DNA of 62,962 nucleotides, the filler included, from Platydemus manokwari (taxonomy: Eukaryota): NCBI GenBank assembly GCA_037951405.1. It is 6 parts of 6 records of this genome, joined end to end, with 100 filler letters (N's around TTAATTAATTAA, not from the genome) between each part and the next. Parts side by side here need not be neighbours in the genome. Positions count along the whole stretch, not along the records: positions 9,803 to 23,690 come from JBBMOY011585854.1; positions 23,791 to 32,561 come from JBBMOY011352538.1; 4 more parts are not named here. One strand, given 5' to 3'. The notes below the pieces were generated by a model. It was not told the origin of the DNA, did no database searches, and saw nothing but the letters and a program-made list of their open reading frames with translations. How positions within the stretch are numbered: the stretch's first letter is position 1; every line of letters starts with the position of its first letter. This document shows, piece after piece, positions 14,928 through 26,300 of this stretch. The position numbers and the translations under genes were made by a program.

Positions 14928-16583
14928 ATGATATTAATGGAAAATAGAAGTGGGTTCTTCAAGGTATGATACCAATGTAAAAATTAATACTAAATCATGA
15001 AAACATATGAATTTACGTGTAAAAATTGATGATTTCAAATGGATATATGGATATTTGGTTATTTCAGCATGTAATCATCAATATTTTATCCTTTATTATG
15101 AACTATTTATTTTATATTTGAAGAAAAAAAATGTCATTTAATTCCAAAAAAATTTATTATTTCGAAAAACACACGTTATTCAGAATATTTAAACAAATCG
15201 AATATCTAATATTTATCTCAATCCCCCAATATGTATTTGATTTATGAACTGTATAAATATTAAATTCTACTGAAAGTACTTCAACTGTTGCTATGGAAAC
15301 TATCGTTATAAATGATATTTCTTTTATCATACAAAATTATAATTAACAATAATATTTCCTCAATGTAGTCTAAATACGAGGATATTCATTTATCGGAGGA
15401 CAGTAGCATTGATTCTATTCATACACAATCAATAAATAAATGCATTGCCAATAATAATAGTAATAATAATGATGTTGATGATAACGACAAATGGCGTTGC
15501 AATGCGTGTAGCTTTCGAAATTATAATAAAGATCTTAATTGTTTGATATGCTATACGGTTCGTCAACCACAAATGCCCGATACCATTAAAACCAATGTTG
15601 TTGATGATAAATCAATAAATACCAATCAATTTGGAATTAACAGACATTCTGATTTGTCAACAAATAGTGACAACTCGAATAGTGACAGCTCGAATAGTGA
15701 AGATAGTAATGAAACTGGGTCGAATTATTCGAAACAATCATTGAATTCTTTAGAAAAACAAACAACAACTCCATTAGATATTGATAAATCAGAAATCAAT
15801 AATACAGAAATTGTTACTCCAATCGATGTTGATCAATATTGGAAATCTAGTCCTGAAAATCTGACATCACATGATCTTCGATCTCGTTCATCAAATAATA
15901 GAAATTCATCATCTGAAAATGATTCATCGATCGATACGGATGATGAGGGATGGAATTGTAAAGCGTGTACCATGTTCAATTCGAACACTTTTTCAAATTG
16001 TGAAACATGTGGAGCAATAAAATCGGCTGATTTGTGGAAACGTAATCGACAAATTACATCGGAATATCATGATTATAAAAGGCCAATATATGAGCCAAAT
16101 ATTTCACCACCGACCAAGAATATCCGACATTCGTCTCCGATTGGAAAATTCAAACCGCATGTTTTAGCAACAAAACAAAATCAATACAATTCGATTCATG
16201 AATTGGAATACACACAAGATTTTTCTTCAAAATCATTATCGATTGAACAATATCAATCAATCAATAAAGCCGAACAAAAAAATCCTCCAACGCTATCACC
16301 ACAACGACCAAAACCAGCAGTGTCAACACATTCGATAAACATGGAGAAATCGATACCACAAATTTCTCCAAATAAATCCCCCGATAAATATCTCGGATCG
16401 CTAGATAAAGATAGCTGTGGTGATCACTATCGAAAATCACCGGCGACAGCGCCTTCAATCGCTTATAAAAACGGCCACAAAACAAAATCACCGAAACATA
16501 AAGAACAACGCAAGTCTAAACAGGATGATTGCGATGACTCCCCAAAAAAATCTTTTTTATGTTTTCCGTGTTTTGGCAAGTAA
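14928..16583 (+). CDS. Ser/Asn-rich protein with two RanBP2-type (C4) zinc fingers and a basic, Cys-containing C-terminus; main exon 15369-16583, putative first exon 14928-14963
   Basis: The acceptor atgtag|TCT at 15369 extends the 346-aa ORF by 58 codons. This gives WRCNACSFRNYNKDLNCLIC and WNCKACTMFNSNTFSNCETC, both W-x-C-x2-C-x3-N-x6-C-x2-C. The protein ends KKSFLCFPCFGK*. A phase-0 donor AAG|gtatga at 14963 follows MILMENRSGFFK; this first exon is uncertain. Confidence 0.8.
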
Positions 16584-17004
16584 TTTTCAATTTATTTGCA
16601 AAATTGAGAGGCAATATTTAGTTATTGTCGATAATTTATTGATTAATTATAGATTTATTGATTAATATGTTGACAGTATCTATAGTAACTGACATTGTTT
16701 CATTCCTATTTGTATACGATTAATTATCTATCCGGATTGTGTGTGTGTGTGTGCGTGTTGTGTGCGTGCGTGTTGTGTGCTTGAACATGTGATAGATTCA
16801 CAATATGACACACTATAATATTGATTATTTTTGATATCATTTGTTTATATTGATGACGCTTTGATGAGAATTTTACATTTCATTGGATCTTATTGATATC
16901 ATAAATTTATTTATTGGAAACAATTGAACAGGAATGTGGATCGTCGATGAAATACTCGATTATTTCCCAATAAGGTTTCCACTACAATTGGGAAATTTCG
17001 ATTA

Positions 17005-17078
17005 CGATATCTCACATTATTATAATATTCTATCGATGAAATACTCGATATCTCACATTATTATAATATTCTATCGAT
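17005..17078. repeat. Short tandem duplication with a 41-bp period
   Basis: CGATATCTCACATTATTATAATATTCTATCGAT occurs at 17005 and 17046; CGATGAAATACTCGAT occurs at 16945 and 17034. Confidence 0.85.
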
Positions 17079-20000
17079 TATTATTGCTATGCTTTATTAA
17101 AGATTATCTAATGACATCAATAAAACATAATTTTCATTATCGATTTTTATTATTTAATCAGATTAAGAAAATCACTTATTGTCAATATGTTAATTATAGA
17201 TTATATTCTGTCACGATTGATTTTGTTTTAATCATTAGAATTGTGAGTAACATCGAAGAATTGATTAGTGTTTGAAAAATTTGTTCAGTGTTGATTATAT
17301 AAAAAAAATCAATTTTAAAAAGAGCCAACTATTTTGCAATTTTTCTTCGGATTGGTCAATGCTAAATATTAATATTATATTTAAGCTAAACTTAAGTTGT
17401 ACATGAGATCAAAATTAATAATAAGATATTAAATTTATTATTACTTTGGCTTGATGTTGTTACTCAGACAGTCTCCAAACAATGATTTGAATAAAAAAAA
17501 TTGAACACCAATGTTATTAAAATTAATTAACAATAGTTTTATCAAAACATTTGAACATATAGTAATCATGTGGTTCAATGGGAGGAAGTGATTGAAATTA
17601 TATAGTCAATTAAATAAAAATAGTAAAACATAAAACAGGATTTAAATATCTGTTGAGCGAATATCATACATAAATGCAATTCTGACAAAATGGAACCCTT
17701 GTTTTCTCATTTTACATATACTTACGTCCGCACAATCATACATACACGGTACCAAGCCGTACGACGATATCGATTCGAAAAATGTCATAACAACAACCAC
17801 AGAGATTAACCAGTCTTGCTCATATAAGATAGATAAATCCAATTGGTATTTGAGCAATAAGTTATTCCATTAAGATATAACAAAAATACACATAAGCTTT
17901 GCAAGACATGATTGATGTAATAAAATTTACCATTGAAATAAAATTATCCAAGTTGAATCAATTACAAACGCTTGAATTTGATCGATAAATGTAGTGACTA
18001 TTAATGCTAGTCCGTCGATTGGGTAATGAGGTTCTTAAGTTTAATGGGCAAAGAATATCCCGAATATTTATGGAGATAATTGAAAATTTCTATTGGGTGA
18101 AGATTGTTCCAAGTGGAATACTGTTCGTGTAGTGAGCGATGATGAATTTGAATGTCGAATTCAGATATCAAATTTCCATACAGAGTTTTATGCGCTGAGG
18201 TTTGTGCGGAAAATTTATGTTCAGAAACTTTAGTGCATTTTCCCAATTGTGGGCTGGGTTTATACATCCAAATTTTTGTGGTAATGATTACTAATTTTCT
18301 TTAATTTATTTTTCTCCACTAGTGATTTATTAAATTTCCAACGTTATTAATGCTTTCGCCTTAGCAATATATTAATAATCATGCTGACGTGAATTAAAAT
18401 TTTAAATTACCATAGAAATGCGAATTTTGAATTTTCGGTATTAATTTTAAGAATTGATTATTTATACCATTAATGTGGTTTGGAATATGGGTTGAATATA
18501 CCCAACAGCTTATTTGTGTTGGGAAAGTGCCCCAAGTACCTCAAACAACAACAGAAGAATAGAACCAAGCAACTCAAAAAACAACGAGAGGAAAAAGCTG
18601 GACGAAGAGGGAAACTGGGATGGAGAGATTTATGGGGGGATAATCCCGAGAAGGTCGTCTGGGGAGAACCACAAGACCAAATCAAAACAGAGCCGGCAGT
18701 TCCAGATGACGCAAGACTCGAAATATCAAGGTAGTTGGAACTCCACAATTGATTGGCCATTGATGAGGTGTTCGACCACAGATGTTTGTGAATATCTACA
18801 TTTTGTGATTTTAAATTTGTCTATAATCTTTGTCTTGTATTATTGTATTTCTCAAAGATTTCCTTGATTATAAATGCATATCGTATTTGATGTATAATGT
18901 ATTTTGTCAAAAATTACAATTTAAAGTTAATGGAAATTTTAAATAAAATTAAAAATAAAATCGGACAACGAAATAATAAATAGCGCGCCTAAAATAATAA
19001 TAATCACGAAAGCAAAAATTATCTTATAAAATTTGTTTTAGTGTGCTAATAATATATAGAAATTCCAAAATCAATTCATTGGAATATCTGAAAATGTCTA
19101 CAAGTCTAAAAATAATAGAATTAATAAACAAATATATTAAAACAAGTAGGATTAAATTTTTGGAAACAATAAAATAATTTTAATTATAAAGTGGAAAAAT
19201 AAAAATATTTTAAATTTCTAAATTGAATTTTCCGCTTTCAAAACAGAATAAATAAGCACAAAAAATCATAAATTTTCGCTCTTAAAAATTTTGACTAGAA
19301 CACTTAAAATCTTGAAGACAAGTCTACGAAAAACTGCCTACGATATTATTTTCTAAGAGAAGAGTTAATCGTCTAAGGAAACTCCAAAGAAAGAAGTTGA
19401 AATATCTTTGGCAATTTAATAAATAAATTTATTGTTTTGCCTTTTTAATATTAAGAAAACTTTTGTAATTTTTGTAGCTTCAGCCAAGGATTATTGTTAC
19501 CAAAAAGTCTTTGTTTTTTTGACTTATTATTTAATAATTGTTTTGAATAATCATAGTTTACAAAGTAATTAGTTGATAATCACAAGTTTATATAATAAAT
19601 GGTCGTTATTTAAACAAACTGATATTCGAGAGGGTTAGTTTGAATTTAAATCAGATTAACCTTACCGAACTCACTTGTATTAGGAATACCTATAAGACCA
19701 AAACCCAACATTTGAATATAATGCTAATTAGCACATATAAATACAAGTTGCAACATTCGTTTATTTGATACGTTTTGGGGTTACTCTCTTTTTATTCTTT
19801 ATTATTATTCTTTTTTTTGATCAAAATCTAGGTCTTTTCAGTACGTTGAGTCCGTCTTGACCCTATATGTGTTTTGATGTTTATTCTCATTGACGATCGC
19901 GACATATATGAAGATAAGCGGATTGGCATAATAATCGAAATAATTATTTTATCCTTTTCCCTTGCCTCTATTATCGTTTCCTCAGTCTTATTATCAGTTT

Positions 20001-20931
20001 CTTTAATCAATTTATTTAACCAAATTATTCCCAAAATCGGTGGTGAATGACAATGAGCTTTATGTATTATGAATTTGTGATGTCCTATTCCACTTGGCAA
20101 TTCGAAAATCAACTCGATGTTTATGTTACAATGTTTTTTTTTATCAATTACAATTATACATCGAATTATGAATTACTACGTTATACAATTAGGGCTATAA
20201 ATTACTATTTATATGAGACTTATATGCAATTATTATAAATGAATATAAATTACTACAGTATACAATGATTTCATACGACTATTTCTATACATTTAAATGA
20301 TGGAATTAAATTCAATGTGCGATTCCTTGGAAGCAGATTATCGACCAGCAGTTACGCTTCGTGATATTGAGTCAGTGTTCGTTTTTTCAGAGGTTTTATC
20401 GAGCTCGTCTCGATAAATAGGAAGAATGTACAATATATATGGCAATATGTATTTTACACGAATGTATCTTACGTGATCTAAACTATCGGCAATTAGTATA
20501 ATCAAATATTCTTCCTATATCGAATAAACTGAATCGCACTATTCTAGTGGTTTAAGAGAGCTAACGGGTAAGGCATATGATGTCTGATACGATTCAGGGA
20601 CAATAGGGAAGTATTCGGATAGAATAAAATATGCATGTTTGATTCCTAGTTTAATTGTGACGAGTTTTCGCAATACAAAAGGATTATCTTTCCGAAGTGG
20701 TTGCCGTGCGGGTATTGTTGTTGAAGATTATTTTAAAATCCAGGTAAATTTGGCAGAAATATGGGGGTTTTATAATTAATATGTTTGGTCGCTAGGCACA
20801 AAAATTATGAACTCATTTCTATTCTAATTAATTTTTTTATACTAAACTAACTTGAAATTCTATCAAAACTAAACTAAAATATTATCATATATTAAAACCA
20901 TTTAATATTGTAATTATGATAAAAAGATTTT

Positions 20932-21072
20932 NNNNNNNNNNNNNNNNNNNNNNNNNNNNNNNNNNNNNNNNNNNNNNNNNNNNNNNNNNNNNNNNNNNNN
21001 NNNNNNNNNNNNNNNNNNNNNNNNNNNNNNNNNNNNNNNNNNNNNNNNNNNNNNNNNNNNNNNNNNNNNNNN
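20932..21072. other. Assembly gap (141 N, no linker)
   Basis: Run of N. Confidence 0.98.
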
Positions 21073-21559
21073 ATATGCTGTGAGATTATTTTTTTAATTA
21101 GTCAAAGCTCTTCCATCATCCAGCTTTTCCATTAATATCGTGATTTATTTTGAAAAGACTAAGCTGACAGAAATGTTGGGGTTTCGACCAAATTATTAAT
21201 TCAGACTGAAACTTTGTGCAACACTGTATAATAATTTTCATAATAATCATATTTTTATGCATGAATGTTAAGATTTATTGTTCATAAACATAGCAGTCTT
21301 CAGGACGGGGTCACACAAGCCTCACGTCGGCTATTAAATTGAATTTATAAGATTGATATATCTGATATTCTGAATCGAGATTACTTCATTTGAAGTCTTC
21401 TCATTCGCTTTGTAACATTGCCGAGTAGCTCTGTTATACACTTGTTGTTTTGGCTGGCCAGTGCTGGAGAGTTATTACTCGATCTCAACAAACATTTTTT
21501 GGTTTTCTTTGATCTGTACTATCCTCCTAGTCACATAGACATTTCTGATCAATGTCGTT

Positions 21560-22560
21560 ATTAGGAACCCCCAGACAAGCGTGGTTTGCTTTTTATCGAG
21601 TCCAATATTCGATAAGACTCAAGACCCAAGTACACCGATGTAGATGACATCGAGGTGATTTTCGAATATCGTTTTCCTGCAAATTTTTTTGGTAATGATT
21701 TTGTATTGCTCGTGATTGAGAAATCAATGATGGCGGAAGTTTTCGCTCTTATCAAAAGTAATTTTGAAATCGACGATGTAGGCTTGATATTTGTTTCTGT
21801 TTCGGATCACCAAGTCCGACCATGGTTTACTCTCAGATTAAACCCTAGTAATTACAGATAAATTCCTAAATGATCTAGGATTTTTTGAAGGTAGTCCTTG
21901 AATAGCCGAGCAGTGAATAAAAACATGAGCATCAATTTTTTGTTCTATGTTGCAGTGAGAGCAGAGTGTTGATTTGTTTGATTTGATAAAGTAAGGCGTG
22001 AGAAGTTATAACTCGCGTGGCGGGTGAATATTCAACATTCCTGTGATATATGAAAGTTCTTCAATGGCTTATGAAATAGGTGAGATGCTGAACAACAGTA
22101 GATCAGCCGCCCTTGCTTTTTCATTGTGGACCAATGATCGAATAAAGACATGAATACCGAATCGTGTTGAATATCTGAGACTTTGCCACGGCTGTTTTCT
22201 GAAAAAAGTATGTCTTGTTAAGTAAGACAATGACTTTTAAATGGATTTGATCATTATTATGCTTGAATTCACCGTCAATTTGAAGCCTACTGAGTTTTTT
22301 AGCAGTAAATCTGGTCTTGGTCCAGCAAGTTGTAGAAGATGATTTTTTTCAGATGCAATTTTGTCCGATATCCAGAAGAGTGCACTTGATCAATCGATGG
22401 CTTCATTGAGACTGTATTTGATCAGGTTTGTTAGGTGATTTATGACAAATGACCTGAATTAATGGTCTCGACTTGTGGGAAATTTGAAGGTACAAAAAAT
22501 ACTTTGGATGCAATAATCCATGAGTGATGTAATTGGAACGATTACTCTGAGCAAGCGTAG
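21560..22560 (-). mobile_element. 3' remnant of a restriction-like-endonuclease (RLE) clade non-LTR retrotransposon (R2/NeSL/Utopia-like)
   Basis: The minus strand gives, in order: WSTMKKQGRL (about 22135-22105), the CCHC knuckle LCSHCNIEQKIDAHVFIHC (about 21967-21910), KPWSDLVIRNRNKYQAYIVDFKITFD (the PD..D endonuclease motif, about 21830-21750) and IYIGVLGS* (consensus VGALGSW, about 21645-21618). It contains stops and frameshifts. Confidence 0.75.
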
Positions 22561-22937
22561 AGGTGTAAGTAAATAAATAGTTACAGTTGTTGTATTATTT
22601 ACAGAAATGAAACAGAAAAAATTTCGGAAATGCACTTCCGCCTCAAAATACTGGATGAGTATTGTGAAGAATCATAATTTTCACCAATTTTTCGCTTTCG
22701 GATAAACAGATGAATTATAGCATTAGTATCTCCTTTAGTTCACATTTGTTAGTAAAAGCTTTTAAATGATCTCTAATTTTGAGGTAGACCTTAATAATCT
22801 TAAAAAGTTTTATAAAGACTTTTTTACATATTAAATTCGAGGACAGCGAGTAGTACCGAGCGGTGAATCTTAAGATCACAATTAATTGTTTTCGCCTTCA
22901 TTTCCATAATTACAGTATCACTTATCTACATATTACG

Positions 22938-23345
22938 GTGATTATAAAATAGCAACGGCTTACATAGTGACCACGTATTTGAATACGATTTTGAGAAGGT
23001 CAGCGGTATAAAAGTATAGAAAAGGAAGGAGATGTAGAAAAGATTAAAATATATAGAGAAGATATAAAGAAAATAAAGAAGATATGAAGACTATTTTAAA
23101 GAAAAGATAAGAAATATAAATTCTCATTTAGATAAAAATATGGAGAATTAATTACAGAAATAATTAGGAATACATAGAAGAACAAACATTTTAAAAAAGG
23201 GACTATGAGAATTTAAAAAATTTAATTTAAAAATGTCAAAAGATATGAATTTGTTTAAATAATTGTTTTGAAATAGATAATTTGATGTCGTGGTTTTCAG
23301 TTCTTTCTCAATGTGTGATTTATAAAATAGCAACGGCAAACAGAC
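22938..23345 (+). repeat. Dispersed repeat family, copy 1 (related copies at 33240-33376 on the minus strand and at about 54470-54635 on the plus strand)
   Basis: 22941-23090 (TTATAAAATAG...CACGTATTTGAATACGATTTTGAGA...ATATAGAGAAGATATAAAGAAAATA) aligns by eye with the reverse complement of 33240-33376. 23280-23340 (ATTTGATGTCGTG...TTCAGTT...GTGATTTATAAAATAGCAACGGC) aligns with 54561-54634. Confidence 0.75.
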
Positions 23346-26300
23346 TGAATAACAATTCAACTAATAAAAAAATATATAAATGGATCACACAAAAGCTGTG
23401 CCATACAGATGAGTTTTGGGAAAAGTAGTAAAATAATTCTATTAATCTAATTTCTATGTTTGCTCCTTGGGTAAAAAAAACCAGGTCTAATGGCAATCAT
23501 AATAAAATTTTCAAATAACAGCAAATATAATCCCATAAGTTTATTTTCATTGATGCTAACATTATGAAATTCACTGATAAATTGAAAGAATTTCCACAGG
23601 AATTTATTTTAGAATTGTTTAAATTTTCATTGCTATAATAGGCTAATTATTTTAAAAATAATTATTAAAAAGATTTTTCTGTAATAAACANNNNNNNNNN
23701 NNNNNNNNNNNNNNNNNNNNNNNNNNNNNNNNNNTTAATTAATTAANNNNNNNNNNNNNNNNNNNNNNNNNNNNNNNNNNNNNNNNNNNNATTAAAATTC
23801 ATTAGATAAATAACAGTAATTTAAATTCTAAAGTTATTAAAGTAAAAGTTTTGATTATATTAATAATTTACTTTTAAATTTAAAATTCGAGATTTTTATT
23901 ATAAATTACCAGATAAACAGAAGAAAATTAATTAGATTGATTTTATAAAATCAAGTCAGTTCGAGTCTTCCGTTGAAGATTGTACGAGTCGAAATATTCA
24001 AATAGACATTGAACTTCACTATAAAATTTATTTTTAAATGTTGTTGCGAGATAAAAATTTATAAAGTAATATTTGAAATTAATTTTTACAATTTATCATA
24101 ATTAATACCATTCGTAAGATCAACCTGGAAAAGTGTCACAATCGGCCTAAATTTGAAATGTTTTCATTTGTGTTTGATTTTCATTTATTATCCGAGTTTC
24201 AAAATCTGATTAGATTTTGTGATTTTTGAGGTAGTAATTGATCAGTTTGTACTTTTGTCCACTGGGAAAGTATATGGTTCACCAAAATGCATTTTCTGCT
24301 TTATCGGTTTTCTGAATGGTCAATAAGTTGGTTTTTAAATTGGTAAGGAACGTGTGTACATAATTCTCGCTATTTTCTACGAATTTCGTACACTTAAACA
24401 TAAAATAAGCTAAACCGAAATACATGATCGATTCCAACATCGACAATAAATATAATTTTAAATTTAATAATAAATTTAACTCTTTAATAGAATTATTCAA
24501 TTTATAGTTAATTAAATTATCAAACAACTTTCACATATTTTATAAATTAAATTTTTATCAGTAAATAGATCTTATATGATTAGATTTACAAATGATATTT
24601 ATTTAGCTAAAAATCTTTTTACTTATTTTTTCTAAATTCCGCATTAATTATGGTAAGTGCTGCTTAGAATATCATGAAATTTCGAAGTAAATCAGTGCAA
24701 TCCAAGTTCGAGAAGTTTTGTATTGAAAATTACTAACGCTTATCAATAAATTTAAAATGAGATTTAAAATTTAAATTTACAAAATTAATAAATTTTTTTA
24801 TTTTAATAATCGATCTATTTGATATATCATTAAATGTTTTAATGCCTTGAATAGAAAATTCTAATTTGATTTCTATTTTCTTTTTTGTTATTTTATTTTC
24901 TATTTTTTTCGATTTTTGTAAGCAAAGAATTATGAATGGAATTATATAATTCCTGCACGCAATAATCTGTTAATTTTATCAAATAACGTGAATTGTTTCG
25001 TTCTTCCTGTTGACTTTGTATGTTGATAAAGAAAATGTTCCTTTCAATTATTAGAGGATTGTGCACAGAACACGAAAGAGGCTATTTATCCTAACAATGC
25101 TGTACTCCGTTTTTTGATTGAAAAATGTGAATTGTATAATGCTTGACGTCGTTTAGTCTCACAATGAGATCCACATTATCATATTTTGTTTTAATTTTAT
25201 TTTTAAATATCATTTAAGTTAATTGGATTGCACCTTATCGAATATTTTTATAAGATAAATCATACATACCATCTTAAACAATATGAATTTTTATATTTGG
25301 TTTCTATGTCATGTTTTATTTTTAAACGATGTCAATTTTATCATATTTACTATCACTTTCGTCTTAACCAGCCTTAATGAGTTTTTAATAATGCCACGGG
25401 TGTTGTTGATTTTAATCAAAAATTATCGATCACAAGTGATTGCCATTGCTAATCACATGTAAAATTATTAGTATTATTATTATTTACTACTAATCCAAAG
25501 GAAAATTAATATTTAAATACGAAAATATATAATATCATTAAATAATTATAACAAATAGTAAAATTGTATAAAACACTGAAACATTAATGTCTACATCTTT
25601 ACTTCCTAATAACAGATGATTTTAACACAATAGATTCCATAGAAGATTGTGATTTATTTGGAAAAAATCAGATTCAATAATGAATAGAGCTCGATAAATT
25701 ATTATCGATTATAAAATAAGATTTGAGAAAGATTTATAATTACGTGGCTCCGTCTTCCAGCTATGAAAACGTGGCATAAATAGATTTTTTATCAACGGCA
25801 CAGAACAATCTCCTGCGTTCTATAGAATTATAGAAGTGTGGCTCTACGTAATTGTGACTGGTTATCATTGTGTCCTGATGTATTGTGTCCCAATTATTGC
25901 AGTAATTGTGGCATCATAGCTGTTACTGTTGTTCGTCTGTTTTGATATAGGACTTGATGAGTCACCCGTAGAAATTCTCTGCGCTTATTTATTTTATGCA
26001 GCGCATATGTTTTTCACACCGGAATTTATTATACAAGCGAAAAATTCTACATGATTAAATTTATTTTCTACGCCTAAATTGGTCTGAATATTTTGGACTT
26101 GATAGTTTTTAGCATGATTATTATATGACTAACAATTTTGTTAGCATTATTTCTATTATCGCATTTTATTAAGAATTTTTTTGTTTAAATTGGTAAATTA
26201 TTGGAAATTAATTTTTAAATATTTTATATTTTTAATTTGATTTTCTTCTTCTAATCGATAAAATTATTTTATAAAAACTGCAATATTAAAAACCTTACGT

